A stretch of 64,000 bases of DNA, from assembly GCA_964016885.1 (NCBI GenBank), contig OZ024747.1:45322001-45386000 (forward strand). The letters are read 5' to 3'. Positions 1 to 11,993 of this stretch are shown here, piece after piece (position 1 is the stretch's first letter; each line of letters begins with the position of its first letter). The notes under the pieces were generated by a model. That model worked only from the letters and a program-made list of their open reading frames with translations. It ran no database searches and had not been told where the DNA came from. A program made the position numbers and the translations under genes. This DNA is from Eledone cirrhosa (Eukaryota).

Positions 1-227
1 ATTGAATGATAAATTCATGTACTAACTCCCTTTCTCTCATACACACACAATAGGTATGTGCGTGTGTAGATGCATATGTTTGTGTGAAGAGAAGTATTTA
101 ATAAAATATATGTGCTCTGCCAAAAAGGCAAAGAAAAAGGACAAAAAAAAAAGAATTAACAATATGAGATACAAAAATACTATCAGCAATTCACTGCACC
201 CCACACCATCAAACAATGATAGTAATT

Positions 228-810
228 AATAATAATAATTTCTTTATTGGTCACAAGTACCTACGTATAGGGGATGATACAAAAATACAGGGACAGTGAG
301 GGTTTACAATCAAGTCGAATAAAAAAAAATAAAAACAATAACAATAAACAAGAAAAATACAAACAAGAGTTCCCCAAGAGGGGGGATAACCAACCAGGGA
401 CGACTCATGTACCGCACCAATCCTGAATCACCAAACACTTCAAGGGCACACGGAACAGGTGCTCCTTTCTTCCTCAAATTAGCCAATGTACAGCGCATGT
501 TTGCACATCATTAGCCACAGTATGCCCAGCCCTTCATGTAGAGGGGTTGGCAGCAGATGGACAGCCTCACCAACGGAACCTTTCCCCACAAAGATGAAGA
601 GGAGATGCTCCAGTTTGGAGAGGTGTGAATGGGAGCAAGGCACAACGGTCAACTGATAGTAAATGATGGATGAAATGTACACCTCCATTCAGGAAGAGCT
701 TCCTCTTAGCACATTTCTGGGTGAGAGTGGCTACTCTGTTCTCAACCACATACCATTTCTTATCCACCTGGAGGTATATTCTGAACCAGACACACAACTT
801 TATCAATCCA
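228..810 (-). mobile_element. L1/Tx1-clade LINE fragment (decayed ORF2 post-RT region plus 3' end)
   Basis: Minus-strand frames read VENRVATLTQKCAKRKL..EVYISSIIYYQLTVVPC..SKLEHLLFIFVGKG..PLHEGLGI, like the L1/Tx1 post-RT region (W..R.LSL.GR..S...Y..L..F.W.G..P..GGLG). AATAAA (plus-strand TTTATT at ~243-248) and a (TTA)n-like tail mark the left end. Confidence 0.6.
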
Positions 811-1461
811 TCTGTCCAGCGTCCAACGACGTTGTTTAAACTTTTATGTTGTTTAAAACTAAAATAAACGCCAAGAGAATGTAAAAAGAAGGTTAAAATA
901 CCTTGAAAAAACTGGAGCCAATGTTATGTGTGGCTTATGCTTAAATAATAATAATAAATATATATATTTTTTAAATCGCTCTTTAATATAAAATGGAACA
1001 CCCTCCCACAAAAAAAAAAGCAAAATCATAACTGAAAATAACACATCCATTGATAGTTTTAGTCACAAATTAATGATTAATAGATTTGTAGATTCAGCAG
1101 TAAGACCTCATTATATGAAACTATCATACTTTCTCATAGATTCTATTTTATAGAAGAGTTGATAATTTTATTATTTCAACCAAATGCAAAGAAATTTATT
1201 TACACAAGTCAAGTGTGAGTGATCAATCATGATTGGATATATATGCTGATTGCAAATTATTTTAGAGAGAGGGCCAGGAGAGAGCAACAAACAACGACAA
1301 ATAGAATTTTATTTGTTTTCAAATGTTTTGCCCCATATTTCATTTAGGACTTCAATTTGTGTGTGTGAGTATGTGCATTGCATGTGTTTGTAGGTGTACA
1401 TATGCATGTATAAATACATCCACGCAAATACATATGCATACTTTTGTATGCATATATGTGA

Positions 1462-1463
<2 letters not shown>

Positions 1464-1509
<46 letters not shown>

Positions 1510-1596
1510 TCAAAAGCATACATATGTGTATATATATATGGGTGTGTGTGTATATATATATATACACACACTCACATACACATATACACACATATG

Positions 1597-1626
<30 letters not shown>
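1464..1626. repeat. Compound (TA)n/(TG)n/(CA)n microsatellite
   Basis: Dinucleotide runs visible directly. Confidence 0.95.
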
Positions 1627-1627
<1 letters not shown>

Positions 1628-1920
1628 TCCGTTGGTTACGACAAGTGTTCCAGTTGAATCGATTAATGGAGTAGCCTGCCCATGAAATTAAAGTGCAAGT
1701 GGCTGAGCGTTTCATAGACATGCATACCCTTAACGTAGTTCTCAGGGAGATTCAGCGCGACACAGAATGTGACAAGGCCGGCCTTTTGAATTACAGGTAC
1801 AACTAATTTTTGCCAACTGAGTAGACTGGAGCAATGTGAAACAGAGTGTCTTGCTCAAGGACACAACGCACCACTGCGAATTAAGTTCATGACCTTACTA
1901 TTGTGAGCCGAATACCCTAA

Positions 1921-1924
<4 letters not shown>
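1628..1924 (-). mobile_element. tRNA-derived SINE with CORE-like segment (family B)
   Basis: Reverse complement starts with a degenerate tRNA-like head, then TGTGTCCTTGAGCAAGACAC..TTCACATTGCTCCAGT. Its tail recurs at 25345-25495 and 57590-57760. Confidence 0.7.
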
Positions 1925-1966
<42 letters not shown>

Positions 1967-1982
1967 TAAAATAACAGGTTAA

Positions 1983-2033
1983 AGTTTAAGGAAAGAATCG
2001 ATGCTTTCACCCTTAACGGGATCTTCTGAAACT
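1983..2033 (-). ncRNA. Type-I hammerhead-like motif with variant core (CAGAAGA)
   Basis: Minus strand: AGTTT-CAGAAGA-t-CCC gttaa GGG-t-GAA-AGCA tcgattctt TCCT-T-AAACT. Stems I and II pair; stem III has one mismatch. Homologous to 37507-37557. Confidence 0.5.
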
Positions 2034-2905
2034 AAAAAGATCAATCTGTGAACGCAGAAGTAAATATTTCGAAAATCGTTGCAACCGAAGGAAAAACAGG
2101 AAGACGATACTTTGGTTCGTGGAAACGTTCCCTGGCAAAGAACGGAAACAAGTGAAGATAATACGTCATTATTTGGAGCAGTGAGAACAATTACACGCAA
2201 AGACAAAACCATGTTTATGGTATAAATGGAGTCATAGACCAATATTCTATTTAGGAAACAGAATGATTCTCGGCTTCAGAGTTAAGAATAATGTAAAAAA
2301 ATTAGTAGAACGAAAATAACAGAGGTTATTAAAATCAATAATAATTAAATATATACATACATTCATTTATATACGTACATACACGTGCATACGCGGAAAC
2401 ACCCGCCATGCATGCATATACATGCACGTACACATAAACTCGCGCACACATACATAAACCAACAAGACACACGCACACATACGAACGTATACACCAAATA
2501 CACATAAAAAAATATATGGGTGTGTGTATACATATAATTATATAAACGTATATAAATATACACACATAAATACGTATACAACGCACGCACACACATACCT
2601 ACAGGTAACTACACGTTTACCAAACGTACGTCAACCAAAACACAATGTACACATTACATACGTGCAAACACGCATACACACACAAACACAAAATACACAT
2701 ATACTCATAACCATATACAGTTATACCGGTAGATATAATATATACACCTATAACGAATACAAGCATATATATATACAAGAAAGTATACGTACCTTCACAA
2801 AACATATGGGTAACATATACTTACCTATACAAATGAGTAATGGCATAAACATAAAATATACTTAGCTACCACATCAAGACGTAAATTATCCGTGTAATGT
2901 TCTTA

Positions 2906-3238
2906 CTATCGGTTAGGGTATAATGTGCGGCTGTAATACAGGAAAGTTTTATGCAATTTGTGTTTACAAGCTGAAATTTCCTCAGATTTTTTGTTTAAGA
3001 TGTGGTTATTGGCGTAGAGTATTTCCAGGGCTTCAGCGGCGAAAAGATCGCATGGTCTTTTATTTCCGTTATACGATCTAGTCCTAGTTAGGATCTCCCA
3101 GTGTAACCTATATTCGGTGTGGTTGTCTTGTAGACTGCAGATATAAGCTGAAGTGACGTCATATTCCTTCTTAAAGGGTTAAGAAAAGAATGGGTAAAGA
3201 CACTGCTTGAATCTATTGGCGGTTAACCCTATGTAGGG
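2906..3238 (-). pseudogene. GIY-YIG endonuclease of a Penelope-like element (Naiad-like, tentative), frameshifted
   Basis: Hand translation with two frameshifts: PYIGLTANRFKQCLY/HSFLNPLRRNMTSL/AYICSLQDNHTEYRLHWEILTRTRSYNGNKRPCDLFAAEALEILYANNHILNKKSEEISACKHKLHKTFLYYSRTLYPNR*. Shows YIG, F-K..H..SF, W.IL, CxL(C), catalytic E, LNK.SE and C.H motifs. Confidence 0.8.
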
Positions 3239-3330
3239 CCCTACGGGACGTGGGTGTTTCGACCTATATTTGATATATATTTATCATTATCGAGCCCTCT
3301 TTGGAATTTAGTCTTCGCATTTATTATTAT

Positions 3331-3369
<39 letters not shown>

Positions 3370-3379
<10 letters not shown>

Positions 3380-3625
3380 GACGAAGTTGGTCAGCCAAAC
3401 TGGCATCAGCTGGCCCTCATCGCCTTCGAGTCATAAACATTTTTCTGTTTTTTTAGTCACTTGGATTGTGTTTACCATTATTCCTTTATTATACAACTTT
3501 TATGCAATAAACTCCTGATGATGTCACCAGAATCTTACGGAACTTGGTCATTGAAATGTACATATTGTTTGCTATAATAAATCTTTTAAGGAATTTCACC
3601 AGTCCGGCCTCCTGTCATTTTACTC
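3370..3625 (+). mobile_element. Short PLE-like pLTR fragment with degenerate hammerhead core
   Basis: CTGATGA (3515-3521), a CCAG/TTGG-containing stem II, then GAA-ATGTACAT-A (palindromic stem III, 3553-3564). Stem I pairs poorly. Flanked by TA repeats. Confidence 0.4.
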
Positions 3626-3640
3626 TATAATAATAATAAT

Positions 3641-3686
<46 letters not shown>

Positions 3687-3929
3687 GTGGTGACAAAATG
3701 CACACACTGCACTCTATTAAGTGGTTGATGTTTAGAAGTGTATACAGCTGTAGAGATCTTGTCAAAAATGTTGAGATGACTCTTCAGTTGTGCCAAAGAC
3801 ATGACAACTTCCTTAGTGTTGGTGCCATAATAGAATGCACCCAGTAAACTCACAAAAACGGGTAATGTTGGAAAGGGTATCTGACCATAGATACCATGCC
3901 AAAGCTGGAATATAAGTAAGCAAAATGTG

Positions 3930-4380
3930 GTATTATTGGTGTGAAAAATATTATTAGTGTGAAAAATAAATTCATTTCGAACGTAAAAACTGGCGAGTTT
4001 GACGAGACAAAAACGACATGTCTTCACTGTAGCCGTGTTAGTGAGAGAAGAGACTGCTTTCAGTGGCGGGCGAGGGAGGAAGTGAGCTAGCGGAGAGAGC
4101 ATCACTAGCAGAAAGGGTGTGAGTGAAAGTAAGACGAAGCGAGAAAGATATAGTTATAGTGGCAGGCTAGCCGAGAGAATGTGACTAGCAGAGGGGGTGA
4201 GTGAAAGTAAGAGGGAGAAGAGGGAGAGAGAGGATAGCAACAAGGGGAGAGAAAAGAGACGAGTCACAGCGGAGAAGGAAGCTCATATGAATAAAATGGC
4301 GAGCTGTGTGGTTGCAATTAAGTATAATGAAAAATAAAAGTTACAGGCGAAAGAGGGGAATATCAATCGTCAGTTCTATG
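3930..4380 (-). mobile_element. Non-autonomous PLE-like element (purine/pyrimidine-skewed body)
   Basis: GA-rich body with an internal ~70-bp duplication (ACTAGCAGA..GTGAGTGAAAGTAAGA twice) and CTGACGA on the minus strand near 4370. Composition resembles the spacer at 29700-30005. Confidence 0.35.
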
Positions 4381-4394
4381 ATATATATATATAT

Positions 4395-4960
4395 ATTCAT
4401 CACCGTTTAATGGCCATTTTTCCACATTGGCATGGGTGAGCAATGCCAGGTCACGTGACCATGTGTTGCTCATACAGAACCGATTCTGGCTTGGTTTCTA
4501 CAGCTGGATGTTCTTCCTAGTGCCAACCTTATTTACAGTGAGTAGTGGGTGCTTTTTAACATGATGCCTACACGAACACTTTACAGTGTGGGCTTGGCGC
4601 TTTTCGCCATGACACACTCACGACCACTTTGTTGAGTGCGCTGGGCACTTTTTGTCATGTTGCCATCACAACCACTTTACAGTGAGGGCTGGAGGCTTCA
4701 CTGGATGAATACTTCAGCTTGTCCTCATGGGAGATGTATGGGAATAGGAGAGGTGGTACATTATATATATATGCTTCAGCTTCAGCCTGTGCCCGTGGGA
4801 AGTCGGGTCTTATGTATTACTGCGTAGCACCAGAGATCTTGGTCCTGTATCATCGCCTTTAAAAGATGCAATTGGGAAAGGTCAGCTTTTATCATCTCGT
4901 TCCAAGTCTTCCTGGGTCTCCTCACTCCATGGGTTCCATCAACTTTGAGCACTCTGCACA
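4395..4960 (-). mobile_element. RTE LINE 3' fragment with long 3' UTR
   Basis: Minus translation CRVLKVDGTHGVRRPRKTWNEMIKADLSQLHLLKAMIQDQDLWCYAVIHKTRLP (RTE C-terminus), then a UTR with GGAAG..CATCCAGCTGTAGAAA and a (TGA)n-like tail. Confidence 0.75.
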
Positions 4961-6824
4961 TACATAAAAACGCCTTTCAATCACAAATAACCATGACTTT
5001 TGCATCTAGAAAGTTCCTCTTTTATGTTGTATTATTTGTCGATAAATAAATAAATAAATAAATAAAGAAACCATTATTTGTCATATAGAGATCAGTCAAA
5101 GTAATTATCAGGCTGAATTAAATAATACTGGGGTTATGATCAATTAAAACCATTCATGATTGTGCCCCACTAGCCCAGCAGTCCAATGAGAGAAACCAAT
5201 GAAAGTGTGAAAAAAAAAAAATAGACAATTCCTTAACCTCAATGTTGAACAAGGAAGTAGCATTGATGAGAAGTTTCAATCAGAAGTAAAAAAGTCTTTT
5301 TTCAGAGGTTTTTCTATCTCTTCCCCTTCTCCAAATAAACTGTGGTATGTGGAATAAAGTGTCTTGTCCCAATCAAACACACTGATATGCCTATTATAGA
5401 TTGCAACTGATTGTCTATGTACTATTAATGCTATACATTATCCACTATGTTATTCTGCCTTTACAAATATTGATCTAATAATGAGGTTGTTGTTGTTGTT
5501 ATTGTTGTTCTACTGCTGTACTGTAGGTAGTGCTGGTACCACAAACAATGGTCTCAGTACACACTGTAACATAGTTGTCATTAGGAAGAACATCTAACCA
5601 TAAAACTAACTAAAAACAGAACTTATGAGCAAATTGTGTTCACCTGACTTGTTTTTCTTCACAAGGTTACAACTACATGAGTGTATGTCTATGAAAGACA
5701 TACACAAGGTCAGAACACAAAAGAACAAAACTCACTGTCACTGCCTCCACCTCTCCCACTTTCCCCATCTAAGTCATGCAAGCCTCGAAAATAGATATTA
5801 AACGATGATGATGATATGACAGTCTTCTGCAGTTTCCATCTATGATATTCAACTCACAAAACATTGGTCAACTTGAGGCTGTAGTAGAAACCCTTTGCCC
5901 CAAATGCCACACAGTGGAACTGAGCCTGCAACCAACTGGTTACAAAGCAAGCTCTATATCCAACCAACCTTGCTTGCCCCTGTGTAGGGATTTAACGTTC
6001 CCTCCACTATGTCACATATGTTCAGCTAAATTGTCTCACACCATAGATAAATTGATAAAACTTCCAAAAATACCTCAACACCTGCTTTTCTTTTGTTGTT
6101 AAAATTTTATTGATTGTTCCTCTTCTCTTTGTGAAAATAATATGTATTATTTTGTGAACTGATGCTGATATACACTGATTTCTGGAGGCAGCTGACTGAG
6201 AAACGTCTTGTTTTTCTATCTCTTAAAAAGAATATGGGAATTCTTATCCTCAATATATCTTCTTAGCATATTTATTTTAACTTACAAAGAACACAGTTGA
6301 AGTAATTTCACAAATCATTTAATAGAAACAAATATTTACTTTTTCAAATTTATTTCTGACATTTTTATTCTTATCTATCTACAGGAATTATAAACCACAC
6401 TAATCTTCTACACAGTTGACAACAATTGCTATGACCTATAGAAGATTGGTCCCCAGATATTCATTCCCTGTCCATGTCAGTCCTGCAGGCATGGCATTAA
6501 AACCCTCAATTTTATCAGTCTTGAAGGACCTATGAAGAGTTGTGGCTCTGAATCTTCCTCGTGACACAACAATAAAAATAAATAGCAACATTTGAGGATG
6601 GGAAAAAGTAAATACTCTAAGGTCATTACAAGATAGCATAACGTTGAGATCAATTACTCAGAGAATTAAAACATGCATGAAACACAACAGTTAAATTAGA
6701 AATATTTATAAGTGAATTAGCTTGGTTCTTCTCTATTGTTAAATTTTCATATCAGTAAATGTCCTTGCTTGCTTAAACAGTGTAGATGAGAGGCATGCAC
6801 ACATGCACACTAACATACACACAC

Positions 6825-6863
<39 letters not shown>

Positions 6864-6867
<4 letters not shown>

Positions 6868-7084
6868 CATCATCATCATCATCATCATTTTACGTCCGCT
6901 TTTCCCTGCTTGCAAGGGTGGGACGGGAACTGATTCTGGCTTGATTTCTACAGCTGAATAAACGGGAGCAATGTGAAATAAAGTGTCTTGCTCAAGGAAA
7001 CAACACATTACCTGGCCTGAGAATTGAATTCACAACCTTTCGATTGCAAGGCCAATGCTCTAACCACTAAGCCATTTTCCTCCA
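6864..7084 (-). mobile_element. tRNA-derived SINE family A (internally deleted copy)
   Basis: tRNA head, CORE-like segment and RTE-type tail ending GCGGACGTAAAATGATGATG. Lacks the segment between two TTTCTACAGCTG repeats that is present at 24958-25289. Confidence 0.85.
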
Positions 7085-7544
7085 CATATATATATATATG
7101 TATATATATACACACAGACACACACAACTTTATACCCCAATGTTTGTCTACCAATCTCACAGGGCACTGTTCCATTTGAGAACTCCTGTGATAGTAATAT
7201 TTCAGTTCAATACCTAAAACAATTGTATATTAGTTACTTTCTTTGAGACATTTTTCTAGTCTGACCAGATTTTTGATTTACAGTTATTTTACCTTCACTC
7301 CCTACCATTCTTTTCTTTGTCATCAGACTTTAATACTTTTCTGAATCCAAATTTGTATCTGAATCAACAAGTAAAATCATTTTTGTAAAACTTCTCAAAA
7401 AAAGACAACCAGACATAAGTAATATGAACAATTACCAACCAATTCAATAATGGCCAGTCAGAAACTTGCCAGAATATGATTTCAATCCAAAAAGTCACCC
7501 CACCCCCACAAAAAAAAACAACAAACAAACAAACAAGTAATAAT

Positions 7545-7871
7545 TTATATATATATATATATACATGCATACATACATACATACACATATATACATACAT
7601 ACATACATACATATATATATACATATATAAATATATATACATGCATATATAAATATATATACATGCATATATATATATATATATACATATATAAATATAT
7701 ATACATGCATATATATATACATGCATATATATATATATATACATATATAAATATATATATATAAATATATATACATGCATATATATATATATACATGCAT
7801 ATATATATACATGCATATATATATATACATATATAAATATATATACATACATATATATATATATATATACA

Positions 7872-7941
<70 letters not shown>

Positions 7942-8114
7942 AATATATATACATACATATATATATATACATATATATATAAATAAATATACATACATGA
8001 ATATATATATACATATATATATATATATACACACACATATATATATACACATATATATATAGACACACATGCACACACATATATATATATACACACACAT
8101 ATATATATATACAC

Positions 8115-8145
<31 letters not shown>

Positions 8146-8289
8146 CACATATATATACATATACACATATATATATATACACATACACATATATATACAT
8201 ATACACATATATATATATACACACACATATATAAACACATATATATATATACACACATATGTACACATATATACACATATATATATATG

Positions 8290-8361
<72 letters not shown>

Positions 8362-8580
8362 TATATACACACACACATATATATATATACATATATATAC
8401 ATATATATACACAGATATATATATACACATATATACATACATACACATATATACATACACATATGCAAACATCTACATATATATATATATATATATACAT
8501 ACACATATATATATATGACTGTGTATACATGTATATATATGACTGTGTATACATGTATATATATGAATGCATATATATAA
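7545..8580. repeat. ~1-kb compound TA/TACA/TACATGCA microsatellite array
   Basis: Visible directly. It generates the spurious 440-aa and 325-aa ORFs. Confidence 0.95.
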
Positions 8581-9899
8581 ACAAACCAGTTGTAACAAAA
8601 CTTTGCTTACACACAAAGATCCAGCAAAAGCATTCTCCTCCATTTTGATTTCTTTGTTGTCCAAATAGACAATGGCAACATGACAAAAGATATATGTTGA
8701 AGCCAATGTGATGAATGAAGAAAATTAACTTGAATTAAACACAATAAACATGCCATTATAAACCTCTATCCAGTCCTTTAAAAGGAAAAAGACAGTTACA
8801 ACAATAATAAAGAAATAATAACAACAGCAGTTTAATAGTGTGTTGCCAATTCAAACAATAACTGTAAGGTGTGTCCATTTAAAAGTCAGCTACTCAATGT
8901 TATTATCCCAAAGAAATCACAGACAAAATGTAAAGGATCTTGATAGGAATTTTGCTCATTCTAAAGGTTAAAAATAAGAGAAAGAAGGAAGAAATCAATT
9001 TATTCTCATTTAAAGCAATTGGTTGGTTCAAGAACATTTAAGGGAGGAGAATAGACAGTATTGTTCCATTGAAGAGAAGCAATATTTAACCAACAGCTGA
9101 ATCTACGAAATTGACTTACTTTCCTTATACACAATGTTGTTTGGCACAAGAACAATCTATAATGGTTGTGTTTTAGTAATCTTTCAAAGATACTTCATTT
9201 TCCATCCTTTTATCTTAGTTGTTGTTCATCTTTTGCTTCATCGTCTTCTTTATTGCCTTTGTCTTTGCTTTCATCATCATCGTCGTCTGTCTTTGCCTTT
9301 GTCATCATCATCATCTTCAACATCTTCATTGTCATTGTCGTCTTCATCTCATCTGCCTTTTCTTTCTTTTTCTATATTTAACCTTCTCAACCACCACTAC
9401 TAGCAGTCTTCTTTTTAGTTTTCTTTTTCACCTTCTTTCATATCTTATCTATCATTAATATTAGTAATACTAGCATTAGTATATTGGAGAACATTTTCTC
9501 CATTTGATACTTGTTGATATCAACTCTACCACAACAGGTGATATTAATCACATCATTATCATCTCTGTCGTAAATGTTGTTGTCCCTCTTCTTCTTAATG
9601 TCCAACTATATGTTTTATAACAAAGCTTATTAGAATTCCATTAGAAACTACATTATTGTTACTAGTGTTATAATTCCAAGCATGTACCACACACATGAAC
9701 ACACATATGAACAACTTGTATATGTGTGTGTATCTGTGTGAGTATATATACATATATTGATATATATATATACAATTCAATGCATATGAGTGTGGGGTAG
9801 GAAAAATTATATAAATAAATGAACTATGTGTAATACAATATATTTTCATTTTTCATTATACATATTTGCAACAACACAGATTGCCATTGTTGATTCATA

Positions 9900-10240
9900 C
9901 ATATATATACAGAGTACCCGACTTCCCATGGGTACAAGCTGAAGCATATAGACAATATGCCCCCACACCGCAAGGTGGTTGTGGAGGTGCCACGGCAAAA
10001 AAGCACCCAGCACTCACTGTAAAGTGGACGTGTAGGCGCCACGAAAAAGCACCCAGCACTCACTGTAAATGAGGTTGGTGTTAGGAAGGGCATCCAGCTG
10101 TAGAAATCAAGCCAAATCAGTTCCTGTATGAGCAAGGCATGGTCAGCCGACCAGACACTGCCCACAACAGGACAACCCGTCTAACCCATGCTAGCGTGGA
10201 AGAACGGACGTAAAACGGTGATGATGATGATGATGATGAT
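9900..10240 (+). mobile_element. RTE 3' UTR fragment with (GAT)n tail
   Basis: ACCCGACTTCCCATGGGTACAAGCTGAAGCATATA matches the ORF end/UTR start of the RTE at 4770-4810. Contains two ~47-bp CACCCAGCACTCACTGTAAA units and ends CGGACGTAAAACGGTGATGATG. Confidence 0.75.
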
Positions 10241-10247
10241 ATATATA

Positions 10248-10927
10248 TATAATAACTAGAAATTGATTAACATATAAATAAACATGAATAATCACAGGAG
10301 ATAATTTTTACAAGTGTGTAAGCACACATAGGCAACTAAATAAAGTTAACCAGAACTTCAAAAATAGATACCTTATAATATGATTAATCTTCCCTGTATA
10401 TATTCCATTAAAGAAATATATTTCACCAATTAATCGAATGGTAAACCATGGAGGCCGGTACTTGGATTTTCAACAAGGAAGAAGTCCAGCGATCTATGTT
10501 TACACTTCAAGTTCAAATCAGCGACTGGCCAGCAACACGTGCTGTATCTACTAGAAATACACACATCATACCAGCTTCGTCACAGTGGCATGAATAGGGT
10601 TATCGACAACTAGAAACAGCAGTCAAATCCTTTCAACAGAGTTAGCTCTACAATTAAGGAGCCGTATTTATATATCTATATCCAAAATTAAGATAATCAA
10701 AGTTATGGGTGTCATGCCAGAAAGACATGCGCCATATCACCCGCAAAATAAGCTCTAAGATTCTAACGAATAGGTCCAAGCATTTTATAATAACTAGAAA
10801 TTGATTAACATATAAATAAACATGAATAATCACAGGAGATAATTTTTACAAGTGTGTAAGCACACATAGCTAGGTAGGTAACTAAATAAAGTTAACCAGA
10901 ACTTCAAAAATAGATACCTTATAATAT
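10248..10927. mobile_element. Non-coding element with ~134-bp terminal direct repeats (period ~538 bp)
   Basis: 10248-10381 is repeated at 10786-10927 with an 8-bp insertion. No ORF. Inserted in (TA)n. Confidence 0.75.
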
Positions 10928-11139
10928 ATATATATATATAGCAACTATGCATAACCAGTTCTGAAAAGATACACTATCCCCGCATGCCATTTGAGGTGAC
11001 TAAAATGTTTGGTGCCAGGAAAGGGAATTGTCCTAAATAAAAGCACATGATAAACATGCAGCCTTTCATGGGGCTTTAGGAAGGAAAAGGGGAAAAGGCC
11101 TTAAATTGCTTGCTGCTGTTGTGCTGTTGTGTATATGTC

Positions 11140-11830
11140 CATCAAATCTAAGTTCTCAGGCCCATTCCTTTTTATTATAGCTCTTCAAGCCATAATAAAA
11201 GTGTTCTAGAGAATTTCTCAGACAACTTTGTTCACACAGCCAAATCAGTAAAAAAAAATTAAAAGGAATGGTCCTAAACTTGGATGTAAGGCTGAGAATC
11301 AAAATGTCTAAAAGTAAATCTAGCAATGACAACAGTCATACTTAGCAAGAAAGAATATAGAACCTTATTTTCATTTAGGAAATAGCAATGCTTTGTATGC
11401 AAAGAAAGTGCAGACAGGAATTCTATATTGTGTATTCAATATGAAATATTGGTGCATCACTGATAGGCTGCTAAGGAAGGTATTTTTATATGCAGCAGAT
11501 GCTCTCGAGTAGTTAGCTGTAAGATTGAAAATTCTTTCAAATGACTAGGGGGCCTCTAGACGTAGTTGACAGTTTTTGTTACTAAGATATAGTGATGAAT
11601 CCATTGTAAGTTTCAACAGTGGGCATGTGTTCACTTGATTATCCTACTCAATGAATGTATAAGTCTCTGAGTATTCCACTAATAGAATCTGTGTGACCCA
11701 ATATGTAAAAATGTCTGGGAACAATTATCCCTGCCTGCAACAAAATGCTTCTCCTTTAATATGAAGAGCAAATACAGAACCTTATTTCCATCTAGGAATT
11801 GTAGGATGCTTGTCTACACAGTGAGATATT
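11140..11830 (+). mobile_element. Highly decayed RTE LINE fragment (PHD-containing family)
   Basis: Remnant peptides FLFIIALQAI, LDVRLRIKMSKSK, QCFVCKESADRNSILCIQYEILVHH and GPLDVVDSFCY are colinear with the RTE at 12509-13045. Confidence 0.6.
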
Positions 11831-11993
11831 GCAAGTTAGAAAAAGTTGGGCATTAATTGTGGAGGATTTTTGAAGGCTTGGGGAAAAATTTTTTGTTCTG
11901 CTGGATGTTTAATTTAGTTACTATAATTTCAAATTTCCCAATGCTTCATAAGTTCCCAAACTTATTTATAAGGCTATTTATTACAAAGTGTCT

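Larger units (their letters stand above)
1966..3335 (-). mobile_element. Penelope-like element 3' part (GIY-YIG end, 3' UTR/pLTR, inverted terminal piece)
   Basis: 1966-2980 is the reverse-complement homologue of 36480-37575 and carries a GIY-YIG C-terminus. 3265-3335 matches 37595-37668 in the opposite orientation to the element body, as is typical of PLE ends. Flanked by TA microsatellites. Confidence 0.8.

Noticed and set aside
7364-8686. 440-aa ORF and the other long Y/I/M/C/V/H/T-rich ORFs (1323-1685, 28219-28554, 33469-34075, 34313-35078, 35390-35945, 40982-41880, 58748-59153)
   Set aside because: They are translations of stop-free TA/CA/TG microsatellites, not genes.
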